A stretch of DNA of 64,000 nt from Bugula neritina. Its lineage: Eukaryota > Animalia > Bryozoa. A program made the translations under genes and the position numbers. Positions 51,601 to 64,000 of this stretch are shown here, piece after piece (position 1 is the stretch's first letter; every line of letters begins with the position of its first letter). The stretch covers positions 434,001-498,000 of the forward strand of contig OZ037768.1 in assembly GCA_964035545.1 (NCBI GenBank). The letters are read 5' to 3'. The notes beneath the pieces were generated by a model. It saw nothing but the letters and a program-made list of their open reading frames with translations. It searched no databases and was not told where the DNA came from.

Positions 51601-54488
51601 GGAAGAGAAATGTTTGAATATTGAGTTGAAGACAAGCAAGATTATTTTTACTAAATTAATTATTACTTAATATGCGTGAAATACTTTGAAATATTGCAAT
51701 AAAAAGTAAAAACCGGAAAAAATTTTAATTAAAATATTACTAAGTTGAAGTAATAAAAATTATAAATTTTCATCAATTACGTGTAATATTTTAAAATTTA
51801 ACTTAATATGCAGTGTAACAACTTGTAAATAAAACCCTGCAATGTTTTTAGCATTAGAAATAATCAGTTTACCAAATATTCATAGCATGATGATTTTATT
51901 GTTTGATTTTATGGCTGGTAAACTCCACAGCTGATGTCCTAGATAATACATGTGACACTACAGGGCATGTGCTAGTTATCATATAACATGTGACACTACA
52001 GGGCATGTGCTAGTTATCATATAACATGTGACACTACAGAGCATGTGCTAGTTATCATATAACATGTGACACTACAGAGCATGTGCTAGTTATCATATAA
52101 CATATGACACTACAGGGCATGTGCTAGTTATCATATAACATGTGACACTACAGGGCATGTGCTAGTTATCATATAACATGTGACACTACAGGGCATGTGC
52201 TAGTTATCATATAACATGTGACACTACAGGGCATGTGCTAGTTATCATATAACATGTGACACTACAGGGCATGTGTTAGTTATCATATAGCATGTGACAC
52301 TACAGGGCATGTGCTAGTTATCATATAACATGTGACACTACAGAGCATGTGCTAGTTATCATATAACATATGACACTACAGGGCATGTGCTAGTTATCAT
52401 ATAACATGTGACACTACAGGGCATGTGCTAGTTATCATATAACATGTGACACTACAGGGCATGTGCTAGTTATCATATAACATGTGACACTACAGGGCAT
52501 GTGCTAGTTATCATATAACATCTGACACTACAGGGCATGTGCTAGTTATTATTTTATTGCAAGAAGACCAGTTATTTCAACTTCCTGTAAATAAACATTT
52601 TCGGTCTTCTCATATGGTAGCAGTTTTTATTTATGTTGCATATTTGAAAATAGAAAGTATAATTTAGTAAAATTCAATTTATCAAATATTTTCATTTTAC
52701 ATAACACGGTGGGCTTATTATGAACTTTCTGAAACCAGATAATATAATAATGTTGGGACCACTGAACTGAAACTAGAGGGGTTATAGTTCAATGGTTGTG
52801 ACTATAGACTTGAAATGTTTGTTTTCTTCACAGGTTTTTTCCATATGAAACTAGCCATTCAAATTAATAAATTTAATTAATTTTTCAAACTGAAAAAAGT
52901 CAAATTAAATCAATTATAGCAATAAATATAGCACCATTAGTAAAGTGTAGTGTAGCATAGCATGGTATATAGCATATTATATCACAATATAGCACCATTA
53001 GTAAAGTGTAGTGTAGCATAGCATGGTGTATAGCATAGTATATCACAATATAGCACCATTAGTAAAGTGTAGTGTAGCATAGCATGGTGTATAGCATAGT
53101 ATATCACAATATAGCACCATTAGTAAAGTGTAGTGTAGCATAGCATGGTGTATAGCATAGTGTATCACAATATAGCACCATTAGTAAAGTGTAGTGTAGC
53201 ATAGCATGGTGTTTAGCATATTATATCACAATATAGCATACCATTAGCACTAAATTAATTAGAAACTGATATTAACAGTTATTGAGTTTGTTTAAATCAT
53301 TTTATTTTATTCGTCATGAGATTTTCAATAAAGAAAGTCAATGTAACATAAGTTAAGCTACACGCTTTGCTTCCTGTTTAAATGTTGTATTTCATTAGTA
53401 TGAATATTTTTATTTTATCTAAATATATTGTTATAGCCATCACAATGTTTTCAATGATAGTGTATTCTCTTCACTGCAGGGTGGTTGGTAGTCCAACTCA
53501 CTCGGATATATCTCTCTTCACTGGAGCCGCTCTACCAAGTCACATGACCTGGGAGGGGGCTCAGAGGCAACTCCAGCAGTTATACTCCCCCTACAGTACT
53601 GGTAAGTGATGTTACACTCTCCCTACAGTACTGGTAAGTAATGTTATACTCCCCCTACAGTACTGGTAAGTAATGTTACACTCCCCCTACAGTACTGGTA
53701 AGTAATGTTACACTCCCCCTACAGTACTGGTAAGTAATGTTACACTCCCCCTACAGTACTGGTAAGTAATGTTACACTCCCCCTACAGTACTGGTAAGTA
53801 ATGTTACACTCCCCCTACAGTACTGGTAAGTCATGCCAACGTCTTCATCTTTTCTCACATTAATTCAGAAATCAAGGTCACCTTTTGACACTATTAATAC
53901 TCATCATTCATACATTTGAAAGGAAAAAAAAACAAAGAATGTCGAAAGTATCTCTCATAAGGCTCTATCTGCATATTAATTATGAAGCTAGCTATCGGGA
54001 ATTTTGAAACTTATAATCTTGAGGTTAAATTGCAAAAAACAAAAATGCTAACTTTAGTTGAATTAAGGTTTTTTTGCAAAAAATTCTATAGTTTTTTGTA
54101 GTCCTTATAAAATGAATACATTGTGTTAATGTTAATTAATTATTCTCATGTATAATATAAATTTTTGCATTTTAATAATACATCAGTTGTATAATATTAT
54201 TGCATAATATTATACTAAATTCAATATCACTAAATATAACGCAGCAGCTAATTTATACAACAATAGTACAGAGCAATGGCGACAGCATAAAATGCTAATT
54301 AATATAAAAACTTTGTATAAAGCTGGATATAAATAGAAAACAATGCAATTTATGTTCCACAATTTTCAGTTTCACAATAGAGTAGTTAATTCTATCTTTA
54401 GGTGTCATGAGATGAAACAATAATTTATATATGTGAAAGAGTTACCAGCATCACACGCATATATATACATGTATATATGTATATATAT

Positions 54489-54559
<71 letters not shown>

Positions 54560-57500
54560 GTATATACATATTATATGTATATACATGTGTGCGTGTGTGC
54601 GTGCGCATGTATATATACATACTATAGTATAATACAATATATATATAGCATAAATATTTATATAATATGTAGTGTGTGATATACAATTCATATATAAGTA
54701 TATAAAATATATATGTATAATATATATAATGTACATATTCATACTTATCGATACACGAGTACTACGCATAATGCACATAATAGGCCTTTTATTCAATGTA
54801 GTATGTAGCAATTATAGCGAAGGATAATGTATATTAAACAGCTGTTTGAAAATATTGGTTGAAATCCTTATATTTGGACATCGTATAGCATGTCAACATA
54901 CATTATATAAGAGTTTATCAGGCTATATTATAAGGGGTGTGACATGATATTTATATAAGTTATATATTTAAGGGATTTACTGTTGTGTACTGCGAGTTAT
55001 AATGTATATTATATTATAAGTAATATATTATCATTATGGTATATTATATTATGAGTAATATATTGTCATTATGGTATATTATATTATGAGTAATATATTA
55101 TCATTATGGTATATTATATTATGAGTAATATATTATCATTATGGTATATTATATTATGAGTAATATATTATCATTATGGTATATTATATTATCATTGTGG
55201 TACATGTAGTATGTGTTTACAGCTGTGGGAGACGTCAGCAAGAGAACTGACATGCCCACCACCCCAGGTAGTGGCAGCATCACTCTCCCTCCTTCCCTCA
55301 ACTCCTCGCGTTTAGCCAGTCCCAGGCCTTCCCTAGTCGGTGGTAAGGGGCGGAAGAGGGCCCTCTCCCACTCCCCTCTCTCTGAGTTCCTAGACATTCA
55401 GAGTCTAACGAGGAGCAGTGAGGGCTCCCTCCACCTCACCCCTTTCCTCAACAACTCCAACTCTCGCAGTTCCTCAGCTACCAGCGGCTCCTATGGACAC
55501 CTCTCTGCGGGTGAGTAGCTCATCTCTGTCCTCTCTCACAATAGTTTATCTGGTGAGGTAGTGTGCTGCTAACTCTCAAACTGTTCAATATTTCCTGAAC
55601 TCTTCATTTACTTGCAAAAAGTGATGAAATATTATAAGTATTTTATTAATGTGTTATTAATGTACATAGTTGTTGCTAATAATGTGACCTTGGACTGCTT
55701 GGAGTGTAATAGAGTGGTTGTAGTATGCCGAGTGTTACAACAACTGGAGCCACAGTTTCTCATCTGCATTATTATTATAATACTGAAAATATTACTCCAC
55801 AAATAGACTCTTTCAATTTAGTAATCATAATCAAATATATTAAATCATAACCTCCTCATAAATACTGACCACTGCTGCTGTGATATTTCAGCTTCTCTAG
55901 CCTCGCTGCCACCAACACTCAACCCAACGTCACCTTACTTGCATGCTGCTGCCGCTGCTGCTCTCTACCCGACTATGCAGTTTCCATTTCCTGTACCGTC
56001 CTTCCAGCAGCCGAGTCTACCTCTAACGCCGACAAGCGTGTCCTCACATCATCAAAGATCTCTACACCAGACTGGTAAACACCGGGCTGTAGACATCAAG
56101 GCTGAGGAACAGAAGCTGGTTGGTTAATTTCACTTGAGCTGGTCTGCTGTAGTATGTTATGTTACACTGTAGTATGTTATGTTACACTGTAGCATGTTAT
56201 GTTACACTGTAGTATGTTATGTTACACTGTAGCATGTTATGTTACACTGTAGTATGTTATGTTACACTGTAGTATGTTATGTTACACTGTAATATTCATT
56301 GTATACTCAGACAACTAGAGATGGTGCCGTCAGAGATGGGGGAGGAGGCAGCGCTGTTGTCAGCTCTACTGTACCTGGTATAGAGGAGCACCAACCTTCT
56401 GGAGACCAGACTCTCTTGTTGGCAGGTAACTCTTCCTCTCTGTCTCTCTCTAGCTATTCTGTGAAGTGTAAACTATTTCCAATATTCACTATAACTAGTG
56501 TTACCCGAGACAACTAGGAGCTGTTTGTAGCTTTGAGAGGTTCCTGTTCACTATCTCAAGGTGCGTAGTGCTGCACACCATACTTCTCTAGTAACCAGCT
56601 GGTGTCAGTGATGTCTAACCTGGGATATGTTTTAGCTAAGGGAGATGGAGAGGAAGAAGGTGGAGAGCTCAAGGAGACGGTGTGTAGATGGGAAGAGTGT
56701 ACGAGAGAGTTCAAGGCACATGAAGACCTTGTGAAGGTGACTTCAGCTGCCTTTCATCTCTCTACCAGCACATAATGCTTTCTTATCATTATTACTTAAT
56801 ACTGGGCTGATGTAATAAATAACTACTTAAGTGTATCAGCATAAACCTGGCTTAATAACTGCATCTGGGAGATAGCATCTAGCTAATTGGTTACATAACA
56901 CTAATGTGTATTTTATTCCAATGGTTTAACCACATTATGTACTCCAGTGGTATTTTAATTCTCTCTCTAGTGAGATTTACTTTTGAAAGTTGAATTATTT
57001 CTCCCTATTAATATATTTCCATCTCGAGTGTGGCCCATTTTGAAGCTAGGATATCCGCCATTAAGGTGTCACAGTAACCACACTAAAGTCCGGTACATTG
57101 GGCTCATCTAACCTGCAATTGCCTGCCCTGTACCCAGCCTGCCCTGCACCCAGGCTGCCCTGCACCCAGGCTGCCCTGCACCCAGCCTGCCCTGCACCCA
57201 GGCTGCCCTGCACCCAGGCTGCCCTGCACCCAGGCTGGTGTCTCAATGTGCCAACTCACCAGCCCATTATTCCTTATCATCTTTTTTAACTAAACTATGT
57301 GCAACCGTAGCTCTGTTTCTTGTATAGGATACGCATTTCTAGTTTGTAGTAGGGGGTGTCTGTGCCGATAAATAGATTTCAAGTGAATGTTGGAACGGAA
57401 CACTTTCTGAAACTGCCAAAATTGTGCATGCATTACATTACATCATATTATAATAAAAGCTTCATGGCAGTTGTAGTGATCTGGTAAATGGTTATATAGA

Positions 57501-60500
57501 ATCACCATTGCTGGGTACATGATAGAATCACTATTGCTGGGTACATTTGAAGCAGTGTCTAGATTGAGTCAAGTAACACATTCCATTCTAGTCTCACTGA
57601 TATATAATATAAACTTCTATATCCTAGTAGAATCTGAATAATATATTAAATAATAGAATAATGTGTCATTGCAATCTTTTCCTCAATATTGTTATTTTTA
57701 TTGCTGTGAAGGTCACAACAACCACCAAATGTCACAACATGCACACACCGCAAATAAACTTCTTTGAAATTATTTACTAAGTCAGATGTAACACACCTTA
57801 AAACAAGAAGGTGCTCACAATCTGACTAGCTTGTATTTCACAGCATCTGTGACCTATAGTAGGTGTGGCTATAGGTAGGTGTGACTAAAGGTAAATGTGA
57901 CCTATAGGTAGGTGTGACTATAGGTAAATGTGGCTATAGGTGGGTGTGACTAGGTAGGTGTGACTATAGGTAGGTGTGACTATAGGTAGGTGTGACTAGG
58001 TAGGTGTGGCTAGGTATAACTCTGTAGAATGTGTAGATTAATTAGCCTGTGGCCCTTACAGCACGTGAACCACGACCACATCGGTGGCAGCAGGAAGTTA
58101 TTTGTGTGCCGATGGAAGGAATGCTGTCGTGAGGAGAAGCCATTTAAAGCTCAGTATATGCTGGTTGTTCACATGAGACGTCATACTGGAGAGAAGCCGC
58201 ATCGGTGTCATGTAATGCTTCCTATAATATAATATTATATATTCACGTAGTATGATATGGTATTATAGCATGATATATTCATATAGTGGGATAGAGTAAG
58301 TAAGCTTTCTGTGCTCTGTGAAAATAACCCATGCAGTTGCTGCCCTCCGAATGGCTACAAAGATAAACAGTGATAAATAACCAGCCAATTAATTCTATTT
58401 TGTTTTATTATATAATTTAACAGTAGTTACTGTTGTAGGGGTTTCCAGGCTGTAACAAGGCCTACTCCCGGCTGGAAAACTTGAAGACCCACATGAGGTC
58501 TCACACCGGGGAGCGGCCATACTTGTGTGAGTTTCCCGGCTGTGAAAAGGCCTTCAGTAATGCATCAGACAGAGCAAAGCACCAGAACAGAACTCACTCA
58601 AGTGAGGTAGGTTTTACTCACCTTACTTTCTTCACTTTATCTCACCTTGACTCACCCCTCTTTCTCTCTCTCTCCCTCTCTCTCTCTCTATTCTCATCAA
58701 ATGACATCTTCAGTTATAGATTGAATAAATGCTGCCACTCAATGCTGGGGAGATTGTTGGCTGCTATGCAGCAGTACCAACTGCATGGTGTGTGTGTTGG
58801 TGTTGTAGAAGCCATACGCTTGTGAAATAGATGGATGCAGCAAAAGGTACACCGACCCCAGCTCGCTGCGCAAGCATGTCAAGACAGTTCACGGTGCTGA
58901 GTTTTATGCCAGAAAGAAACACAAAGGGCTGGACACGCCAGCTTGTAGGACGACCACCACTAAACCAGATGGTGGAAGGGAAGGGGGTAGAGATGAGAGC
59001 AGTGTGGAGGGGTGCCTTACTGTGACCAGCTTACAGGCATCGGAGAGCAAGTCTAGTCCGGTATGTAGAATACGTATGCAATAGTATGTAGGTAGAGTAG
59101 AGTGTAGGTAGAGTAGTATGTAGGTAGAGTAGTGTGTAGGTAGAGTAGTGTGTAGGTAGAGTAGAGTGTAGATAGAGTAGTATGTAGGTAGAGTAGTGTG
59201 TAGGTAGAGTAGTGTGTAGGTAGAGTAGTGTGTAGGTAGAGTAGTGTGTAGGTAGAGTAGAGTGTAGGTAGAGTAGTATGTAGGTAGAGTAGTGTGTAGG
59301 TAGCGTAGTGTGTAGGTAGAGTAGTGTATAGGTAGAGTAGTGTGTAGGTAGAGTAGAGTGTAGGTAGAGTAGTGTGTAGGTAGAGTAGTGTGTAGGTAGA
59401 GTAGTGTGTAGGTAGAGTAGTGTGTAGGTAGAGTAGTGTGTAGGTAGAGTAGTGTGTAGGTAGAGTAGTGTGTAGGTAGAGTAGTGTGTAGGTAGAGTAG
59501 TGTGTAGGTAGAGTAGTGTGTAGGTAGAGTAGTATGTAGGTAGAGTAGTGTGTAGGTAGAGTAGTGTGTAGGTAGAGTGTAGGTAGAGTAGTGTGTAGGT
59601 AGAATAGTAGGTATACAAGTCATGTAACTTACTCTCATACTTCATAGGCTAATGTTGTGATAAAAGATGATGAGTTGTCCCCACCATGTGATATCGAGCT
59701 AGATGTCAATGTACTGAGGGAAGGCCCGGCCAGCTCTATGACACTCAACACGGTAGAGGAAGTCTCAGTGGAGGAAGAACAGATCTACGAGAATGAGGTG
59801 GACTATTGTATACTGTGTACTCTGTACTGTGTACTCTGTATACTCCGTACTGTATACTCTGTACTGTATACTCTGTACTGTACACTCTGTACTGTGTACT
59901 CTGTACTGTGTACTCTGTACTGTACACTCTGTACTGTGTACTGTATACTCTGTACTGTGTACTCTGTACTGTATACTCTGTACTGTGTACTCTGTACTGT
60001 GTACTCTGTACTGTATACTCTGTACTGTATACTCTGTACTCTGTACTGTATACTCTGTACTGTATACTCTGTACTGTGTACTCTGTACTGTATACTCTGC
60101 ACTGTGTACTCTGTACTGTGTACTCTGTACTGTGTACTCTGCACTGTGTACTCTGTACTGTGTACTCTGTACTGTGTACTCTGTACTGTACACTCTGTAC
60201 TGTGTACTCTGTACTGTGTACTCTGTACTGTACACTCTGTACTGTACACTCTGTACTGTACACTCTGTACTGTGTACTCTGTACTGTGTACTCTGTACTG
60301 TGTACTCTGTACTGTACACTCTGTACTGTGTACTCTGTACTGTGTACTCTGTACTGTACACTCTGTACTGTACACTCTGTACTGTATACTCTGTACTGTG
60401 TACTCTACTGTAACAGATTGGGAACTCGTCTGGTCTCCTATCAACCTCTCTCACTCGTCAGAGTCGAGGTCCACTGAAGTCTAAGTTGACAAAGACCTCT

Positions 60501-63500
60501 ACATTAGCTAACGTCAGTCTACCTTCTCTCCCTTCCAGCACAGGTGAGTGTATAGTATAGATCATAGCACTGTGTGTAGCATAGTGTATAGCACTGCGTA
60601 TAGTATATTGTAGCACTGTGTATAGCATATAGTGTAGCACAGTATAGACTATAGAGTATAGCACAGTATATAGTATAGGGTATAGCACTGTGTATAGTAT
60701 AGAGTATAACACAGAGCATATCACTTGTTTCTCAGGTGGTCAGAAAGATGGTCTCAATTTTATACAGAATCGATCCATCAGCTCTAAGAAACTCGCCAAG
60801 TCTAGAAAATTACCAGAAATCATTGGTGAGGCCATCACTTTGTTTCACAAGAGGAAGTTGTCTGCCCCATGTAATGTGTGCTGTTTAATGCTGATAAACA
60901 ATTGCCAGCATATTAATTTACAGCTTCACTTCAAAATATGATTTAAATATTGAAAAAGTTTTCGATTAACTGGCTGTTTGTTGGGTAAAGCAAAGCCCAC
61001 TCCCTGCTTCTTAGCAACCAGTGGGATAGAAGAACCAGGTGTGGTCTACTTTCACAAGACATCATAAAACAATATCTTTTAATCTGCAATTTAATAAGTA
61101 TTTTATGTTGGGACTTGTGATATAACAACTTGAAAGATCTCTTAAGCTGCAACTTAACTACAAGTCGATGATGTAACAAGTTTTCTAGTCAAAGTAATAA
61201 TAAGCAGACATGATTATAATTAATCATCTTAACAAGATGAAAGAATAGTAATTATTAGTAATATAATTTATACACTGGTGTATAATAATATATACATCAT
61301 AACATTTACCTGCCTGTAGAGCCTAATATCAACCGTCTACCAAGCCTAGACTCAACGGGGACTATACGTAGGGACAGTAACACCAGCACCCTCAGTTCCT
61401 ACATGAGCAGCTTGAGATCTGAGGCTAGCCCCGCCTTGTTTAACAGCAGGTATAGCATCCAGCATTATTCTGTGTGTAAAAGTTGTCTTCACCACGAAAC
61501 GTCTATGTCTTAAACATAAAGGAGTAGAGAATAATAATATGAATATACTACTGCTGCTACTAGAATAATAATATGAATATACTACTGCTGCTACTAGAAT
61601 AATAATATGAATATGCTACTGCTGCTACTAGAATAATAATATGAATATACTACTGCTGCTACTAGAATAATAATATGAATATGCTACTAGATTACACATG
61701 GGTCATTTTACTTAATTTAGTACACACTGGATATCTTCAGTTTTTAGCTATTTTTTACAATTTAGCTGGTGATTAACCTGGATTTTTGCCCAAAACTAGT
61801 AAAGCACTAATAAATACACCAAAACAATTAAGGTTCCTCCTAATTTTGCTTAATTTCCCATGTTTTTTCTTATTTATTAGGAGTGCGGACGTTACGAAAA
61901 AAACCGTAACGGTCCGTAACCAAAAGTAGCTGAATAATTAGGAAAAACTTGGGAAATGAAGCAAAATTAAAAAGAACTTTGATTATTTTGGTGTATTTAT
62001 TGGTGCTTTACTAGTTTTGGGCAAAAAGCCATGTGTTCATTACCAGCTAAACTTCGAAAAATAGCTAAAAACTGAAGATATCCAGTGTGTACTAAATTAA
62101 GTAAAATGACCCACATACTGTATTGACACTTTGTTATGGAATTTAGACTCTCAAGCAGAAGGTCTAGTGAGGTGTCCCAGAATTCAGCACGACTCAGTAT
62201 AATCAACTCTCCATATGAATATGATATGCTGGGTAATCTTCCAGATTGTAACACTACTGAGGTACGCCACTGCACACTCTACCTTTATCTTCTATACCTT
62301 GTGCTCTATCTTCTACTCCTTGTAATTCAACTTCTAGTTTATAATCTGTCTTCTTTCACAATAAGTAGTGTTTTATAATTTATGACATTATATAATTAAT
62401 ATTATATATTTTATATTATATACTTAATGAGACTTAAAGGTATGCATTATGTTGACATGCTTTCTGTCACCTACTAGCAGGTGCTCTGTTGTACCTGACA
62501 TGTTTTCTGTCACGTGCTAGCAGGTGCTATGTTATACCTGATATGGTCTTCATTTACCTGTTCTAATAACATATACAACTGTTTCTTCTAATTATTATTT
62601 AGTAGAGCAAGTAAGTGACCTTGTGTTGGCTATGTATGTTCCCTTGCTGTGTAATGTATACATGTATACATGTGCACATTACTCCTAATAAACCCTCGGC
62701 TCTGGTTACACTCGCTAACCCCATTCTCTGTCTCATCTGGCTCTCAAACAATATAATACAATCATGTCATGCATGTGGAGTTATCTTCCTAATTTGTAGT
62801 GTAACGCTAAAACCATCTGGTGTCCGGAGTCAGAAGTACATGGCATTATATTATAACTTTCCTCAAGCTCTTAACTCATGTTATTTAGACTCTGGTCATA
62901 CAATTATAATATAATCATTACAGTCTAATGCTATAATAGAAGTCATAAGAGATGGTTATCATCATTTCGCTGATTGCATGGCAGTGTAGAACAGTGTGTT
63001 ATTGCTTTTTCGGGCGTGTTGTTATTTTTTATATGCGGTTTTAGTTGCAATATTATGTTCAAGATATGGTATGTCTCTTATTAACAAATAACCGCACAAC
63101 GTGCCTTGATAGCGCAGTAGGCAGCGCGTCAGTCTCATAATCTGAAGGTCGTGAGTTCGATCCTCACTCAGGGCATATATTTTTTTGTCAATGGAAAAAA
63201 AACACAATTTAATTTAAATCACAATTATGTTCATCTCCACAGTTTTTAACTTTAGGAAACTGCAAAATTAGTCAAAACACAGTCGTTGTCTTTCAAACTC
63301 TGGACAAATCGTTGAAGGCAGTTGTTTTTCAGTTAAGCTCAATGACTGACAAGATGGAGAAGGCGCAGCTGGGCAGCCACCCAAACCTCTTCGTTCAGTC
63401 TCAACCAATCAGCCTGCTCAGTCCTGCCACCAGACGAGATAGACTGAGGCGCGGCATCGACAGCTACAGACTTCGTGAGAATGACGGGTGGCGTACAGCT

Positions 63501-63945
63501 ACCCCTGCTCGAACTCCTCTCCCCCACGAATATCCTCAGCGCGAGAAACGAAGAGCCTCTGATCCAGTTCGTTGTGCTGACCCCAACTTTGGTGAACTGA
63601 GAAAACTTCAACACAGGTAAGTTTTTGCTTTAAAAATGACTTGGGACTCAGTCTATGTTTTTATTACTTATTCACAGTATATTAGTATTACTTATTCACA
63701 GTATATTAGTATTACTTATTCACAGTATATTAGTATTACTTATTCACAGTATATTAGTATTACTTATTCACAGTATATTAGTATTACTTATTCACAGTAT
63801 ACTAGTATACTAGTTTCTTCTGGTAGGTTCCACAGTCTGAACGCCATGAAACCCTTGCCACTTCCCCTGAACATGAAGTCCCTCAGAGACAAACAGCACA
63901 CTGCGAACACACCGTGCAACTCTCGGAACTCTCTGATATCTGGAG
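48697..63945 (+). CDS. GLI: Gli/Cubitus interruptus zinc-finger transcription factor (Hedgehog effector); 3' end runs past the window, start codon uncertain
   Basis: Phase-consistent exons 48653(ATG 48697)-48901, 50497-50647, 53480-53601, 55223-55510, 55892-56118, 56311-56425, 56636-56736, 58062-58211, 58439-58606, 58809-59060, 59648-59797, 60417-60543, 60736-60825, 61320-61449, 62147-62261, 63333-63616, 63827-about 63945. Motifs [15 protein letters not shown] (Sufu binding), five Gli fingers ([63 protein letters not shown]), PKA-type RRDS, RRSS and RRASDP. Confidence 0.95.
51947..52549. repeat. 38-bp minisatellite (about 16 copies), Gli intron
   Basis: Unit CATGTGACACTACAGGGCATGTGCTAGTTATCATATAA. 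Confidence 0.96.
52925..53238. repeat. 61-bp minisatellite (about 5 copies), Gli intron
   Basis: GCACCATTAGTAAAGTGTAGTGTAGCATAGCATGG... at period 61. Confidence 0.93.
53579..53831 (+). repeat. 32-bp repeat of a Gli exon end plus donor (8 copies)
   Basis: Unit GTTACACTCCCCCTACAGTACTG|GTAAGTAAT; donors at 53602 + 32n up to 53826. Confidence 0.95.
54457..54560. repeat. (TA)n microsatellite
   Basis: Direct inspection. Confidence 0.95.
55005..55195. repeat. 35-bp repeat (about 5.5 copies) before a Gli acceptor
   Basis: Unit TATTATATTATGAGTAATATATTATCATTATGGTA. Confidence 0.9.
56147..56291. repeat. 20-bp repeat (7 copies), Gli intron
   Basis: Unit CTGTAGTATGTTATGTTACA. Confidence 0.94.
57121..57237. 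repeat. GC-rich 16-bp repeat (about 7 copies), Gli intron
   Basis: Unit CCCAG(G/C)CTGCCCTGCA; the only GC-rich array in the window. Confidence 0.9.
57850..58015. repeat. 16-bp repeat (about 10 copies), Gli intron
   Basis: Unit GTGACTATAGGTAGGT. Confidence 0.88.
59083..59610. repeat. 16-bp minisatellite (about 32 copies), Gli intron
   Basis: Unit TAGGTAGAGTAGTGTG; each unit contains AG|GT. Confidence 0.95.
59806..60410. repeat. 14-bp minisatellite (about 43 copies) filling a Gli intron
   Basis: Unit TACTCTGTACTGTG; occupies nearly all of intron 59798-60416. Confidence 0.95.
61528..61690. repeat. 34-bp repeat (about 4.7 copies)
   Basis: Unit TAGAATAATAATATGAATATACTACTGCTGCTAC. Confidence 0.9.
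61700..62112. mobile_element. Foldback/MITE-like element with about 180-bp inverted arms and a 4-bp TSD
   Basis: GGGTCATTTTACTTAATTTAGTACACACTGGATATCTTCAGTTTTTAGCTATTTTT at the left end is mirrored at the right end. Arms about 61700-61879 and 61930-62112. ACAT duplicated at 61696-61699 and 62113-62116. Confidence 0.85.
63103..63175 (+). tRNA. tRNA-Met (elongator type, anticodon CAT), inside a Gli intron
   Basis: 73 nt, GCCTTGATAGCGCAGTAGGCAGCGCGTCAGTCTCATAATCTGAAGGTCGTGAGTTCGATCCTCACTCAGGGCA. Acceptor stem GCCTTGA/TCAGGGC pairs, anticodon 63136-63138, intact A and B boxes, T7 Pol III terminator at 63180-63186. Confidence 0.96.
63662..63805. repeat. 24-bp repeat (6 copies) before a Gli acceptor
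   Basis: Unit TATTACTTATTCACAGTATATTAG; each unit carries acceptor-like TTCACAG. Confidence 0.92.
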
Positions 63946-64000
63946 GTAGGAACAAGGTTTCATATACTCAGTCTTGCAGTTACTTGTAATAGTATTCAGT

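Noticed and set aside
51947-52549. CRISPR-like regular repeats (also 9062-9645 and 24850-25055)
   Set aside because: Units are head-to-tail with no unique spacers, there are no cas genes, and the context is eukaryotic.
58904-60484. Six-frame ORFs of 170-275 aa
   Set aside because: Intronic 14- and 16-bp arrays; only the embedded Gli exons code.

Overview
AT-rich, intron-rich genomic DNA from an invertebrate animal; the taxon cannot be fixed from sequence alone. I reconstructed six protein-coding genes by hand from GT-AG junctions and reading phase: the last exon of BCKDK (+, 1-146, missed by the ORF track), an ERG/FLI-family ETS factor (-, 687-4170), a cholesterol 25-hydroxylase-like gene (-, 10308-17010), RNA polymerase III subunit RPC4/POLR3D (+, 20047-24861), cullin-1 (+, 27173-38515, 16 coding exons, including a U12-type intron) and a Gli/Ci zinc-finger factor (+, from about 48.7 kb to beyond the window end). 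There is also an intronic tRNA-Met(CAT) and three non-autonomous DNA-transposon-like elements. The most striking pattern is that many introns carry their own private minisatellite, and several of these are tandem copies of the splice signals themselves. One POLR3D intron consists of 69 consensus 5' splice sites, one CUL1 intron ends in 12 in-frame copies of its 3' splice site, and other arrays copy donors, probable branch points or the stop codon. Most long ORFs in the supplied track are artefacts of these repeats.
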